From Phyllosticta citribraziliensis (Eukaryota): 64,000 nt of DNA. The position numbers were made by a program, and so were the translations under genes. Positions within the stretch are counted from its first letter, which is position 1; each line of letters opens with the position of its first letter. Shown piece by piece: positions 24,723 to 37,426 of this stretch. Below the pieces are notes generated by a model. It had not been told where the DNA came from, searched no databases, and was given only the letters and a program-made list of their open reading frames with translations. The stretch spans positions 620,001 to 684,000 of the forward strand of contig NW_027117351.1 of NCBI RefSeq assembly GCF_038025025.1, given 5' to 3'.

Positions 24723-27134
24723 TCACGAGCTATCAAACGGATCATCCTCCATGCGCCACTTCTTCGCCTTGAGCACTCTCGTCTTGCGCACGGGCAGCGT
24801 CTGCGTCTTCGACGGGCTGACGGCCTGCTGCGCCGCGCGCTCGAGCAGCGCAACCTGCCGCCTCAGCGCGTCGTTGTCGTCCTCCAGCACGTCGATGCGG
24901 GAAGCGAGCTCGCTCTCCCTCTCCCTCGCCCCGTTGCCATCCGGCGCGGTTCCGGTGGTCGACGATTGCGCCAGCAGTTCGATCTTGCGGTCGACGCGCT
25001 CGTCGTTGCGGTCGGCTTCTTCGTCCCATGCGCCGCGGTAGGTGCGCTGCAGCGCGGAGAGGCGCTCTTCGAACTCTGCGCATAGCTCGTCGCGCAGTTG
25101 CAGTTCCATGTCGACGAGGTAGTCCTCGGCAGCGCGCCACGACTTCTCGGCCGCACGGCGGCGCGAGCGCTCTTCGCGGAGTTGCAGCTGCAGCACGTCG
25201 ACGCTTTCGTGGAGGCGGTTGATTTCGTCGAGGGCGGCAGTGAGCTCCTCGTTGGTTGCCGAGGGGAGGGGCGTTTCGCTGCGGTTGTTTGTCGTCGAAG
25301 GGCCCTGCGGATGGCGCTCGCTGGCGCTGGTTCCCGGGCGGGCATGGACGATCGTGTTGCCAACCTGGATGGCACCGGTGGCGGATGGGATGCGCGGGAC
25401 TGTGACTTCGCGGGCAAGAGCCGAGTAGCGAAGGATCTGAGAGGTGGCGTTGAAGTCGCCGTGCGGGTCGGCCGTGACAATCATGATTGCCTTTTGAGGA
25501 CGGCGAGGATGCTGGTGGTGGCTATGCGCATGGTGCGAAGAGGAGGGAAACGAGTTGGAGAAGAGGAGTTCGGTGAGCTTGCACTGCCGGAACGGTACCA
25601 CGTTCTGCTTGCTGCCTTCTTGGTTGTCGGCCTGCATCTGCATACACTGGCCGAGATACATGAGGCTCTCGTTGATCTTGCCAGCTTCGGCCAACGTCTC
25701 GCCGGCTGTTTTGGCATTTCGTGCGCGCTCGGAGCCTGTTCCAAGTTAGTACCTCGAGACTCTAATATCACGACTACCTTACCAGCAAGGTCGCAGATAG
25801 TAAAGGTGCTGCTAGCCCAAGGCCCCTTGGTAGCTCTATGACGCTTCTTCACTTCGATGCAAAAGAAGCCGTGGCTCCTTGAACTCACAGCGTTGCTGCC
25901 GGTACCCGTGACCTTCCTCTCCATCAAACCAGTCTCCAAAACCATGAGCGCCTCTTCAATGTTTCCACAGATAATCTTCTTAAGCCCAGCAACCTGCTTC
26001 CTATCGGGAGACTGCTCGGTCGGTTTGAAAAGGAGGGCTCGGCGGCGGTTCGCGGTCGATTTGGAGTTTTGGGATGCGCCGGTAAGGAGGTCGTAGATTC
26101 GGTCGTTGTAGACTTCGAACATGGAGACTACGATTGCGTACTCGGCCGTCTGGTCGACGCCTACCGCGAGATCCTCGACAGATGGATGGCTCGGCATGGT
26201 GGATACTCTTGGGAGGTGGCGCGACTTGACGCTGAGAAAAGAGGTTCCGTCCTTTACAACAGGCGATCTGATTTTAGCAGCTGCGCTTTTGGTGATACGA
26301 GCTATTCCAGAAGCAACGGGCCTGATGGCCCAAAGAAATTTTGAAGGAGATACAGGAGGAGCGGCGTCTTCCGCAGACAAAGGAACGTGGTGGTCATCAT
26401 CTTTTTCATTCTTGAAAGTGTCGTTGGGGTGGTGGTGGGAAAGAGAAGGATAGAGTCCTGAAGAGGAAGGATGATGAGTAGGAGATTTTGGAGAGCATAC
26501 CAGTGCAGGTGTTTGAGCCCGTGAGTTGGCTTGAGCTCCATCTCCATGCACAGAATCAAGATACAGCGGCGCGGGAAACATCTTGGCTTCTGAGGCGTCT
26601 GCGGCTGCAATCGATGGAAATACTGACGACGAGTCCGTTGTGTCGACCATGAGATCGCCAATATTCTGAAAGAGAACGTCTAGGGACATTTGCGTTAGGC
26701 CGCGCTGACTTTTCGATCCTAGAATCGTGTGGCTCTGGAATGGGGTCAGAATCATTCGAATGTCAGACAGGTTCCAATCGAGACGTGTGTCAGACCTTTC
26801 CGGAGCCAGTCATTCCCAGGGTCGCCAGAAGACCATCGCGACCTTCCTTGCCTTCATCACCCAAAACGCCTTCAATCAGCGGCATCACTTGGGTGCCCTT
26901 GAAGATATCCAGCTGGCCACAATCCTCCTCAAAAACGCGCGTAAAAGCAAAGCGCTCTACAGCACGTTTGCGACGATCATTTTCCGGCGGTTTGATGGTG
27001 ATGTGGTTGGGGCAGCCATCCAGCTGTTCCGACTCTTCGACATCCAGAAAACGGTCTCCTGCGCTGGTGGCAGCGGGGCGCAGGCGGAGGTACACCTCGA
27101 ACAGGGAGGACGATTGCTTCGTGAGAGGATCCAT
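24723..27134 (-). CDS. Kinesin motor protein, kinesin-6 (Klp9/MKLP)-like; introns 26795-26735 and 25782-25736, probably also 26500-26252
   Basis: EVYLRLRP, P-loop GMTGSGKSHT, FEVYND.IYDLL, switch I NAVSSRSH, switch II DLAGSER (split by an intron), INESL and VPFRQCKLTELL; large loop-6 insertion; coiled-coil tail. Confidence 0.92.
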
Positions 27135-27230
27135 TTTGGTCGTGGATGGTGCGAAGGTGTCGTGACGTTGTCTTGGTGGAAGCAAGTCGTCATGGAAGAA
27201 GTTCGATAGGTTGGCCGTGATTCGGTGGTG

Positions 27231-27254
27231 GTAAATACGGGTTGCCATGGCAAC
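27231..27254. promoter_or_regulatory. Forkhead site GTAAATA next to a perfect RFX X-box GTTGCCATGGCAAC in the kinesin promoter
   Basis: GTAAATA at 27231-27237 and the 14-bp palindrome at 27241-27254, about 100 bp upstream of the kinesin ATG; MCB-like ACGCGT at 27318-27323. Confidence 0.7.
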
Positions 27255-28264
27255 GACATGGTCCTGGCGCTGGCGCTGCTTGCAGACCGCCTACGTCAAC
27301 TTCACCTACCTACCTTAACGCGTGTCGCGCATCCTAGACTCAAACCACATCGAAGATCCTTGGAAAAGACGCCATCACCAAAATCCATCGAGTCACCATC
27401 TCCGATGACGATTACACCCTTCTGCGTTGTCACTGGGCCGAAAACATGTCCGCAGGTTGGGCTCGAATCGGACCTCGCATGCCAATGCCTTCTTCGCGGA
27501 CTTTGGTCCGAGAGGCAAGCCTGACCTCTTGGTCTCGGTCCGTTTACAACATGGCAACACATCCATCTCACAGGATGGAGCACACACTCCGAAGCTTTTC
27601 GTAAACACTGCATTACTAGAAGTAACACGCGTCGAATGCCTCGGGTCCAATCCACCACTTTGCCCGTCCCATCTTATGCTCGCCATTTCCGACCTCCCTG
27701 GTGATTGACCTCATGCCCATGTGCTTGATCCCAAACTCCTTTTGCTTTTCCGATGCGCGAATTTTGTGCTGCTCTATGAAACAAGATGAATACTCAATGG
27801 ACTGGTCTGTTTCCCGCGATGGAAAAGCAGACTTGAAAGACTGGAATGCACCAGCGAAAACAACCAGTGCTGAAAACAAGAACTCCAGGACATGTCCTAA
27901 CTGTGCAGCGGCTTTAGCTTCGTCCGAGTCTCGTATAATACTTTTCCTAAATGTGACGCGGTATACATTGGCGACGGGCTCCAGAATGAACGATTAAGTG
28001 TCGGGTTTGTGTCGAGGCTTTGCAGGCCGCTTTTGGGAGGAGTTGCGAGACAACTTCGAGAATCAAAAAACTGAACGATTTGTTTTGAGTTGTCGACATG
28101 GTTCAATAGCGCTCGGACATCCGAACAGGGCAGAAGAACATTTTGGCGTGTGAATGTTGCAAACAATGGGCTGGTGAGGATTTGGCCAGTAAGATACCAA
28201 GATGATGGACAAGCTGAACCGCCGGAGTGTCGTCGTCACGTTTGCGCAGGGCATCACACTGCGG

Positions 28265-29730
28265 CTATACATCCTCTTCGCTGCTTGCGCAGTCCTCGTC
28301 CAGAGCCAGGACGCTGTAGATGTTGTTGCACCTAGGCAGTGTATTGTCCTTGGCCGGGGAGACAGTGAATCCAGGATGAACAGTCGGGTCTTGTGCACAT
28401 CCGTCGGGGAAATTTTCAATTCTAAAGTCCCGATACGGAATCCGGGACATCATGCATGTGCGCGCGAATTCGGCCGCCAAAATGGAGGAGCACTCAACAA
28501 ATATGTCATGGCCGCATGACTTGATGTTGACGATGAAGAGGTTGTGGATGTGCTCCATGTCGTCGCGGATGCGCTGCTCGTTGATAAAACCTACGGCGTT
28601 TCGAAGGCAGAGGACGCGGGTGGCTCCGAACTTGATTTTCTTCGCAAGAGCTCCGTAGATATGAAACTGGGTTTCTGCCCAGTCCACACTGACCTATTCA
28701 AAGGTAAGCAAGCAAGACGTGTGTTTTGGAGCGTCCAGATATTACCCGTTGTCCTTTGACGTAAAGGCCAAACTGCTGGGCATAATTTTTGAAAGCAGCA
28801 GCGTTCGACCCGTGAATGTACGAGACCCGGGCCGAACGATTTTGCCAGCGAACATGTACATCCACCAAGGGGCCACCCCGTATTGCGTCTACAATGTCCT
28901 GATGCTTGATGAAACGAGGAAGGCCGGAAAGTTGTAGGCTGCGCCTTTGTCTACATTTGATCTCGTCATGCTGAAGATTTGTGTTTGGTTGCAGTCGTTC
29001 CTTGAAAGGAGGAGTCGGGAACTGTGGCTCTCCCTCTGGATCTGGCGAATTGGTAGGACAGTCGTCTCCGACGGAGCTTGTTGAAGAGGGCGTGGTGAAA
29101 CCAAAGCTTGCTGTGAGTGGAGTGCTGTCCTGAGGTGGAGCTGAGCTTGCGGCTGTCAGGCTGTCGGAGTGCGTGGGACTGGGCTGAGCTTGCTGTGATG
29201 GATCCAGAGTTGCATGATGGGTGCCACGAAGAACCGGGTAGCCCGACAGAATCAGGGTCTCAAGGGTCTTGAGGGCCACGCCGCAATCCAACAGGTGTCG
29301 CCGCAGAGTTACTGAGGATTGTTGGCTGTGATCCAGAGATGGGAGGCATGTATGCTTACTATATTCATGCACACTCTTGACCTGTAATGGTTTGCGAGTC
29401 AGTACGAAAGGAGGCTTTTGTAGGGGTAAACGGACAACGAACTAGGCTTTGATGCTCTTCCCTGGTTATCTTGACCATGGGAATGGGCGTCCCTCGAGGA
29501 GCTGTCTCGTCCAGAGGCGCATACTACGTGGCGTATTAGCTATCCTTGAAGGGCTATGGCCCAGAGCACGTCCTACTCACGTAATCGGAACTGAAGCCAG
29601 AGTTAGCAGCTGTTCGAGAGAGACGCGTCATGGAGCATAACGAAGCTTACCGGATTAGTAGGTGATTGTAGTAGTTGCGTCCAATGGTGACCTGGTCATA
29701 AGCCACAGCGGGCGCAACGGGCTCGTCCAT
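28265..29730 (-). CDS. RRM-domain RNA-binding protein resembling 'negative regulator of differentiation 1' proteins, about 395 aa; exons 29730-29651, 29590-29581, 29523-29443, 29381-29360, 29311-28746, 28693-28265
   Basis: Two degenerate RRMs (RSLQLSGLP..DIVDAIRGGPLVDV..ARVSY and GATRVLCL..IRDDMEHIHNL..ARTCMMSR). Five introns with GT/AG ends join into one continuous frame. Confidence 0.8.
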
Positions 29731-29996
29731 GATGGCATTGACAGGACGGAATGTCGTGGAGAGAGAAGTGCCGGTGAAGTTGAAGTGTCAAGTCGCGTTG
29801 ACATTTCCTTGCAGGGTTTCCGCGTCGAAGCAGAAGCTATGGCCAGGGGCTAAGCCTTTTCGGAAAGAGGGCAGACCTGTGGGGGAGTGACAGGGCAGCG
29901 GATCGGCGCGCGTCATCGCCGGCGCGGGCTTCCCGTCCGTCGCTTTTTTCTCCGACTCCGCTTGTCCACCATCCACCACGGTCCATCGCAAGACGG

Positions 29997-31597
29997 ATGA
30001 ATGTTCCTGCAATCCAGTCCAAAGCGCCCCAGGATCAGCAGCAGTCGCTTGCCACTGAGCTCGCTGCTGGTGCCCCCGATGGCGCTGGAGGCTCGCTCTT
30101 TGCCCAGCTGACGGGCAACCCCTACTTTACTGCTGTGCGATTCACCTGCTCTGCCTTCTCCGCCTCCAATCGCTGACGACGCAATCTCAGGGCTTTGGTC
30201 TCGCAGGTCTCGCGACTGTAGGTCGCCTCGGACAAAAAGGACTCACGCGCGCCGCCTATTACGTTCGTCGGCGCATGCTCGTCGAGCTCGAAGTCACCCG
30301 CCGCGACAGATCTTATCCGTGGCTGCTGCGATGGATGAGCAACCACCACCGGGCAGAAATGCAAAAGATACAAGGAGGTGTCGAGAGTGCAGGGTAAGCA
30401 GTGTCCAAGGCGATCAATGCATACATGTTTGACAATCATTCCAGGCAGAAACCGTCCAAGGGCGCATTCGAGTCGCTCGTTCGCAGATTTGCTCCACGCA
30501 TCCACGAATTCCAGATTGAAACGGGAGAAGTGACACGGCCCGATGGCAGGCAACACACGCAGTTTTCGGTCGTGCCGGGTCTGGGCAAACACATAATCCG
30601 CTACGAGAATGCCTGGATACTTGTCAACAGGGAGCGACAAGGCCAACACTTGGACTATGAGGGACAATTCTTCGAGACCATCAGGTTTACCACCTTGTAC
30701 GCCCACAGGAGCATCTTTGAGCGGATATTCCTGGAAGCCAACAAGCTCAAAGAAGAAGCCGAAGAGGGCAAGACCATCATTTACCACTCGAGGGGCATGG
30801 ATTGGGAGAGGTTTGGCGAACCCAAGCGCAAGCGACCGCTCGATTCGGTGGTCCTCGAGGATGGCGTCAAGGAACGCATGGTCGAAGACATGCAAGAGTT
30901 TATCGACAAACGAGAGTGGTACTCGGACCGGGGCATTCCGTACAGGAGAGGCTATCTTCTGTATGGACCGCCGGGTACCGGCAAGAGCTCCTTTATTGAA
31001 GCGCTCGCAGGGCATCTGGAGTTCAACATTGCCATGCTCAACGTGAGCCAACGAGGGCTTACGGACGACAAGCTGGCATATCTGTTGACCAGAGTGCCGG
31101 CGAGGACGATTGTGCTGCTGGAAGACGCGGATGCGGCGTGGGTGAACCGGCGGTCGGTGGGGGAGGACGGGTACGCGGGAGCGTCGGTTACGTTTTCCGG
31201 GCTGCTCAACGCGCTGGACGGCGTGGGCAGTGCTGAAGAGCGTATAATCTTCCTCACGACCAACCACGTCGAGCGGCTGGACGAAGCACTGATTCGGCCC
31301 GGGCGGGTGGATCTGACTCTGCGGATTGGAAACGCGACGGAGTACCAGATTGGGAAGCTTTGGGATCGCTTCTACGGTGAAATGGACCCGAAGGGCGCGG
31401 GCCGGGAGAGGTTCATGGCGAAGGTGAGCAGTCTGGGGTTGGTGGACGCGATCAGCCCTGCCGAGCTACAAGGGTTGTTTTTGTACAACAAGGACAAGGT
31501 CGAGGGAGCGATAGCGAGTCTGGATGAGCTGGCGGCGATGCATGCGCACGTCGCACGCAAGATGACGAGGGGGGCGGATGAAGATGTTCGGGAGTAG
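29997..31597 (+). CDS. BCS1: Mitochondrial AAA chaperone Bcs1; exons 29997-30134, 30191-30393, 30445-31597
   Basis: NPYFTAGFGLAG TM segment, SYPWLL.W, RPLDSVVL, WY.DRGIPYRRGYLLYGPPGTGKSS, VTFSGLLNALDGV and LIRPGRVD. Confidence 0.97.
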
Positions 31598-32076
31598 TTC
31601 CGCTTGGTAATGGGCGAGGAGCCATTGGCAGAGGCGGTGACAATGACAGCGGGTTAGATGCGAGGGACTTTTTCTCAGTCGAAACAACGGTCACGCGCAA
31701 GGCCGAAAAAGAAAGAAAAGCCCACAACGACCGACACGGCGCAATGCATCATGCCACGGCCATGCCCAGCAATTACATAGCACCTTGGTTATGGATTAAG
31801 AAGCGCAGAAACAGTTGCATCCCGCGTTTGCCGCTCGGCAGCCCCACGTCAACCGACGCATCCTATCCTTGAAACCCAATTCTCGCCCTCAACCGTGGTG
31901 GATAGATCCGCTCTATCTCGCTGCTTTATCTGATTCAATGCCCGACATTTCCCACTCGCCGGGTTCTCCGTTGGACTGTCGTCACGTTCCCTTCTCGGAT
32001 GGCTGCCGGTGCTGCTGGCATTCCTGACGGCGCGCCCCAGGCCCTCCAGCTCCGACTCACACCCACGCCCACGTCC

Positions 32077-32118
32077 GCCCACCTGAACGCCCACCTGAAC
32101 GCCCACCTGAACGCCCAC
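32077..32118. repeat. 12-bp tandem repeat (GCCCACCTGAAC)x3.5
   Basis: Read directly; it would encode AHLN repeats in frame with the OPT gene. Confidence 0.85.
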
Positions 32119-32298
32119 GCTTCTTTAGCCGCCGCCGCTTACTACCTAAATAATCTTCCTCCCTCCGATCCACTCCAAAAAGCAATCATCGCCCGCCCTG
32201 ATGCTGCCCCTCCTGCTCCCCACGAGCCCCGGAGTCCTCCTCTCCGTCCGCGCTCGCGCTCCTCGCCCTCTTCTCGCCGTGTCACTCACCACTCCGCC

Positions 32299-35200
32299 AT
32301 GTCGTCAAAACTCCCCCTGCTGATGCGCTCCTCGCCAGCCCAGGGCACAGGGTCCTACGGAGCCATGCCCGTCCACTTGATGAGCGCCAGCAACAGCAGC
32401 TCAGACAATGACGACACCACCAACATCGACCAAGTCTTGCGTCCGGCCAAGCGAAAATCAAAGAGCAAACTCGCCGCGGCCGACTCATCTCCCGAGGATG
32501 ACGACAGTACCGCCGCTCAGCGCTCCGCCTCGACCGGTAACATGCTCTCAGGAAATGGCACTCAAAGAAGCCGGAGAAGAAGCCTTCCTGCGGTCGACTT
32601 GCCAGATCAACACACGACTGCCGTTGACGCGTGGGTCGGCAGTCTGGACGGGGAAATGGACTCTGGTGACGACCAGGCCGCATTTGCGGCGCGGGCAACC
32701 AAAGGCTCGTCCAAATCGGAGAGCACCACGGATTCTGTCGACTCCGACAGCTCAGAAGTCATAGACATTGATGCCTCCGACGATGATGGAGAGCTCCGAA
32801 CCAAGTCCAACGAAGAGAGTCCTCCAGATGACTCGCCCTATGCTCAAGTGCGCGCCTCAGTACGGCCAATTGACGATACTTCCCTTTCCATCAATACCCC
32901 GCGCATGTGGACGCTTTCTCTGATATTTTCTTTTCTCGGCTCTGCCACAAACCTCTTCTTTTCCCTGAGATACCCTAGCGTTAGCATTACCCCTGTCATA
33001 GCTCTTCTCCTCGTCCACCCGCTCGGTCTCCTGTGGGACGGCATATTCAAACGCCCTGACGACCCCATCGAAGTCTTTTCCAACGGATCTATTGTCCGGA
33101 GAGTAGAGCAAGAATGCCATGAGGACCTTGCCAACGGCGCCTCAGAGTCCAATGGCAGCGCTTCTATGCCCCTCCCACGCGAAAAGCGTAAGACTAGTTG
33201 GCGGCGTAGCTTGCGGCTTTGGCTTGGACAGGGGCAGTGGAACGAGAAAGAGCACGGCTGCGTTTATATCAGCAGCAATGTGTCTTTTGGATTTGCCTTT
33301 GCAACCGACGTAAGTCGCCAATTTCTTGTTGCGCATACATAAATACTCATCATTTCTTTCAGGTTATCGTCGAGCAGTCGCAATTCTACGGGCAAAAACT
33401 GGGCATCACTTACCAAATCTTGCTCACAATTTCCACTCAAGTACTTGGCTATGCTCTAGCTGGTATCACACGACGCTTCCTCGTGCGCCCCAGCGGCATG
33501 ATATGGCCTGGAACTCTTATTTCTACGTCCATGTTTTCGACGCTGCACAAACAGGACAACAAGCCGGCAAACGGCTGGTACGTATCGCGCATGAGATTCT
33601 TCCTCTACGTTTTCCTAGGATCCGCTGCCTTTTATTTTCTGCCTGGGCTTTTGTTCCCAGCCTTGAGCTACTTTAGCGTCATTACTTGGTTTGCACCCAA
33701 AAACGTCGTAGTCGCCAACTTGGTAAGTCCGTCACGTGGTGTGGATGTGATGAATCAACCACTGACTGCGCTAGTTTGGCATTGCCTCTGGGCTCGGACT
33801 CTTTCCGTTGACATTCGACTGGTCCCAAATCGCTTACATTGGCTCCCCGCTTGTTGTACCGTTCTGGGCCGCTTTGAACATCATCGGTGGACTATTGGTC
33901 GTGATGTGGATCATAGCCCCGATCATGTGTACGTTTTTGCTTGCCCGAGATGCGAACTCAAGACTAACACGTCTAGACTACTGCAACGTGATGTATTCGT
34001 CATACATGCCAATTTTGTCCACGGCCGTTTTCGACAACACGGGTCGCCCCTACAATGTTAGCAAGATTCTTACCGACAAGTTCTTGTTTGACGAGAATTC
34101 GTACAAGAGTTATAGCCGAGTGTTCCTCCCCATCACCTATGTTCTTAGCTACGCGCTGCAATTTGCTGCGCTCACTGCTCTCTTATCACACACGGCATGC
34201 TGGCATGGAAAAGACATTCTGCGCCAGTGGAAAGCGTCTTGGAAAGAAATCAAAGGCCAGAGTGACAATCAGTATCGTCCGATCCCGCAAGAAGAACGTC
34301 CGCTCCGTCACGCGCGATCTACTCGGAGTATGACGGCGTCCATGCCCGACTTGGACAACATGATGGGCGTGGAAGATGTGCACAACAGGTTGATGAGGCG
34401 ATACAACGATGTCCCCATGTCCTGGTATTTGTTCACAGGCGCTGCGATGACAGCCATCGGGATGTTTGTGGTCGAATAGTAAGTTGCGCCTCGACTTAAT
34501 CAGAATTATGCGCTCACATCAAGCAGCTATCCCATTCATTTGCCTTGGTATGGGCTCTTGCTTGCATTGGGTATTTGTGCGCTGCTATTCATCCCAATCG
34601 GCATAGTCATGGCCATCACAAATCAGCAGAGCAGTTTGTACCTCATCTGCCAGCTGATTTGCGGTGCCGTGTTTCCAGGCCGACCAGTCGCCAACATGGT
34701 CTTTGTGACTTATGGCTATGTACGTGCTGTATATCCATGTTCAATGTCTCCTGCTGATACAGAGTTGTCAGATTACATCAACACAAGGCCTCAAGTTTTC
34801 TTCGGATCTCAAGCTCGGCCACTACATGAAAATTCCACCTCGCCTCCTATTCATGCTGCAGCTTGTCGCTACACTTGTCTCAAGTCTGACCCAGATTGGT
34901 GTCCTGAATTGGATGCTCGCAAACATCCCAGGAATCTGCACCCCTGAGGCCCTCAACGGTTTCACGTGCCCCATTGCTCGAGTGCACTTCAACGGCAGCA
35001 TTCTATGGGGTGTCGTGGGTCCAGCGCGCTTCTTTGGAGATGGAGCTCTCTATCGCCCGCTTGTTTGGGCATTCCTGATTGGTGCCATTGCTCCTATCGG
35101 CGTCTTCCTCCTTGGACGTCACCAGAAGCGCAGCGTCTGGCGCAAGGTCAACCTGCCAGTCTTGTTTGGTAGTCTCAGCTGGATTCCCCCTGCGACAGGC

Positions 35201-35535
35201 CTCAATTTCTCGGTCTGGGCCTTGGTATGCTGGCTGTTCAATGACGTTATCAGAAGGAAAAAGAGCCAATGGTGGAAGAAGTACAATATGACCCTTTCCG
35301 CGGCGCTGGACTCTGGAGTGGCAGTCGGCGTGGTGGTGGTGTTTTTCGGTGTGATCTACCCTGGATGGATGAAGGGATTCAGCTGGTGGGGTACTGAAGT
35401 GTACAAGCAGGTATGTTTGTCGACACGGAATCATTTGAAAAGACGGCGCTAATTCTCATCTAGGGCTGCGATTGGGTTGCCTGCTCATATCGAAATGTGG
35501 CACCTGGCGAGCACTTCGGGCCAAGCACGTGGTGA
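32299..35535 (+). CDS. OPT-family oligopeptide transporter, 7 exons (introns 33310-33362, 33723-33774, 33929-33976, 34479-34526, 34720-34771, 35411-35463)
   Basis: SPYAQVRASV, WNEKEH, LVRPSGMIWP, TFDWSQI, DLKLGHYMKIPPR and WWKKYN..LSAALDSG motifs. An in-frame upstream ATG exists at 31999. Confidence 0.95.
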
Positions 35536-36361
35536 TTGCGAGGCCATGAACGGATCAGAATGCTGCATTTCGAAAGACTTTTGACGGGAACGGCTGAATC
35601 TGACTTTCTGGTGTGATGATACCCCCGTTTGGACAAGAAACCCTCTATAGACTATTGCATCTTCCCTTCGAAGTTTGGAGCGCAGTCATCACATCTCAAC
35701 GATGGACTGTCACGCTTTCGGATCGGTCTTCTCGGGCATTTCAGCGCTGTATAGACGTTTGCTTTTTTCCCGCGATTGGCAGGCATCAAGGTGATGACGC
35801 GGCATCTGCATGGCTTGAGTGGCGGAGCATTTCCTTGTCGGCATGCTGAGTTTGGGCGTGGACGCGGGCACACCTAGTTCTACCTATACACATTGCTTTT
35901 TCAATCCTCGTGTTCTTCGGCAGTCCTCCACGAACCGGGGGAAAACTGCCAGCTCCGTCATATCGCGTCTGATTGGATGCGGAAAATGTGCGCTGCCTAG
36001 ATGGGTTTCTCGCCATGATTCATGTTTGATGGCTTGTTCTGAGAGTTACAGCATCGTACTGATTAGATAGAAGATACAAAGTTTCAGTCTGTAGCTTTTC
36101 TCCCTATTGGTATTGGTAAAATAAGTGATGGGGCTTCGGTGGATGCTTGCTGAAGGGGAGCTTATGAAACCACGTGACCACCCGAAGCGGCCACTTCGAC
36201 GTTCGAGCTGTAGCAACTCGAACCACACCAAGCTTCCACAGGAACGCCAACACGACTCAAATCAACGCTTGACTGCGTGATCAATCCTTCTCCAAAGCCC
36301 CTATCCATCAACCGAACGAAATTCTACCTGCGCGCGCCGCAAACGCTCCTTGACGGCCACG

Positions 36362-37426
36362 ATGGCCAATTACTACCAGCAGCCCGCCGCCGGCTATGGC
36401 GCTCCCGCCGCTCAAAACCTCAACTTCTACCAATCCTCGTACAGCACGCAACCCGTGTCTGGCCACTCGACTCCATTCCAAGCATACAACGGCGCCTCCT
36501 CGTCCGGCACGTACGCGTCAAACAGCTATGGCGCGGGCTTCGGCAGCGCAGTGCCCGGCGTGAGCGGGCGCATGGGCGAGCAGGGCGGACTCAGGACAGG
36601 CTGGCTTGCAGCATTTGGCACCGAAGGATACGACGGAGAGCCTCCGTTGCTGGAGGAGTTGGGAGTCAACTTTGCACACATCAAGATGAAGGTATGTTGT
36701 GCGAGAGGGGCTGGCATTTGGATCTGGTCTACACGGAAGCAACGGCTTGGGGCATTGCGAAGCTAATCATTTGCGTTGGCAGACATTCTCGGTGCTGAAT
36801 CCGCTTGCGAGGATAGACCAACACATCATGGACGACTCGGACCTCGCTGGACCCATCATCTTCTTCCTCGCATACGGCACATTCCTACTCTTCGTAAGTC
36901 GACTTACAGGATGTTTCCATGTATTGGGTATCGGTCTGCGAGCACCCAGCTGACAGAGCAGCAGTCGGGTAAGGTGCACTTTGGCTACATCTATGGCCTT
37001 GCGCTGCTAGGCAGCGTGTCCCTCCACTGGATCCTCTCTCTAATGGCTCCCCCTATCGACCCGGCAGCCGTCGTTGGCGCTCACGACCACCCCGGTGTAC
37101 ATCCCAGCTCGTCCTCACACTTCAACTCCGCCCTCACATTCCCCCGTTCGACCTCTGTACTCGGCTACTGCCTTCTCCCGCTCGTCCTTACGTCCCTGTT
37201 CGGTGTTCTCGTCCCCATGGACGGCATGTTTGGCTACCTCGTCACCACGCTGGCAATATTGTGGTGCACATACAGCAGCAGCGCCATGTTCTGCGCGGTC
37301 GGACGGATGAGCAGCATGAGAGGCTTGGTGGCATACCCCTTGGCGCTCTTCTACGTTGGCTTTGGCATCATGGGAATTTTCAGCAGTCGGGGTTCGGGGA
37401 ACTTGGCGAAGGCGACGGGGGTCTAA
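36362..37426 (+). CDS. YIP1: Yip1 ER-Golgi transport membrane protein; introns 36692-36782 and 36894-36961 or 36964
   Basis: EPPLLEELGVNF.HI, MDDSDLAGP, GKVHFGYIYG, SVLGYCLLP and LVAYPLALFY. Confidence 0.96.

Noticed and set aside
27393..28260. Short ORFs between the kinesin and the Nrd1-like gene
   Set aside because: No codon bias, motifs or coherent exon chain.
30122..31267. 381-aa antisense ORF over BCS1
   Set aside because: Shadow ORF with no recognisable domain.
36201..36223. GTTCGAG...CTCGAAC hairpin resembling a tRNA T-arm
   Set aside because: No cloverleaf around it; other GGTTCGA hits also fail, so no tRNA was called.
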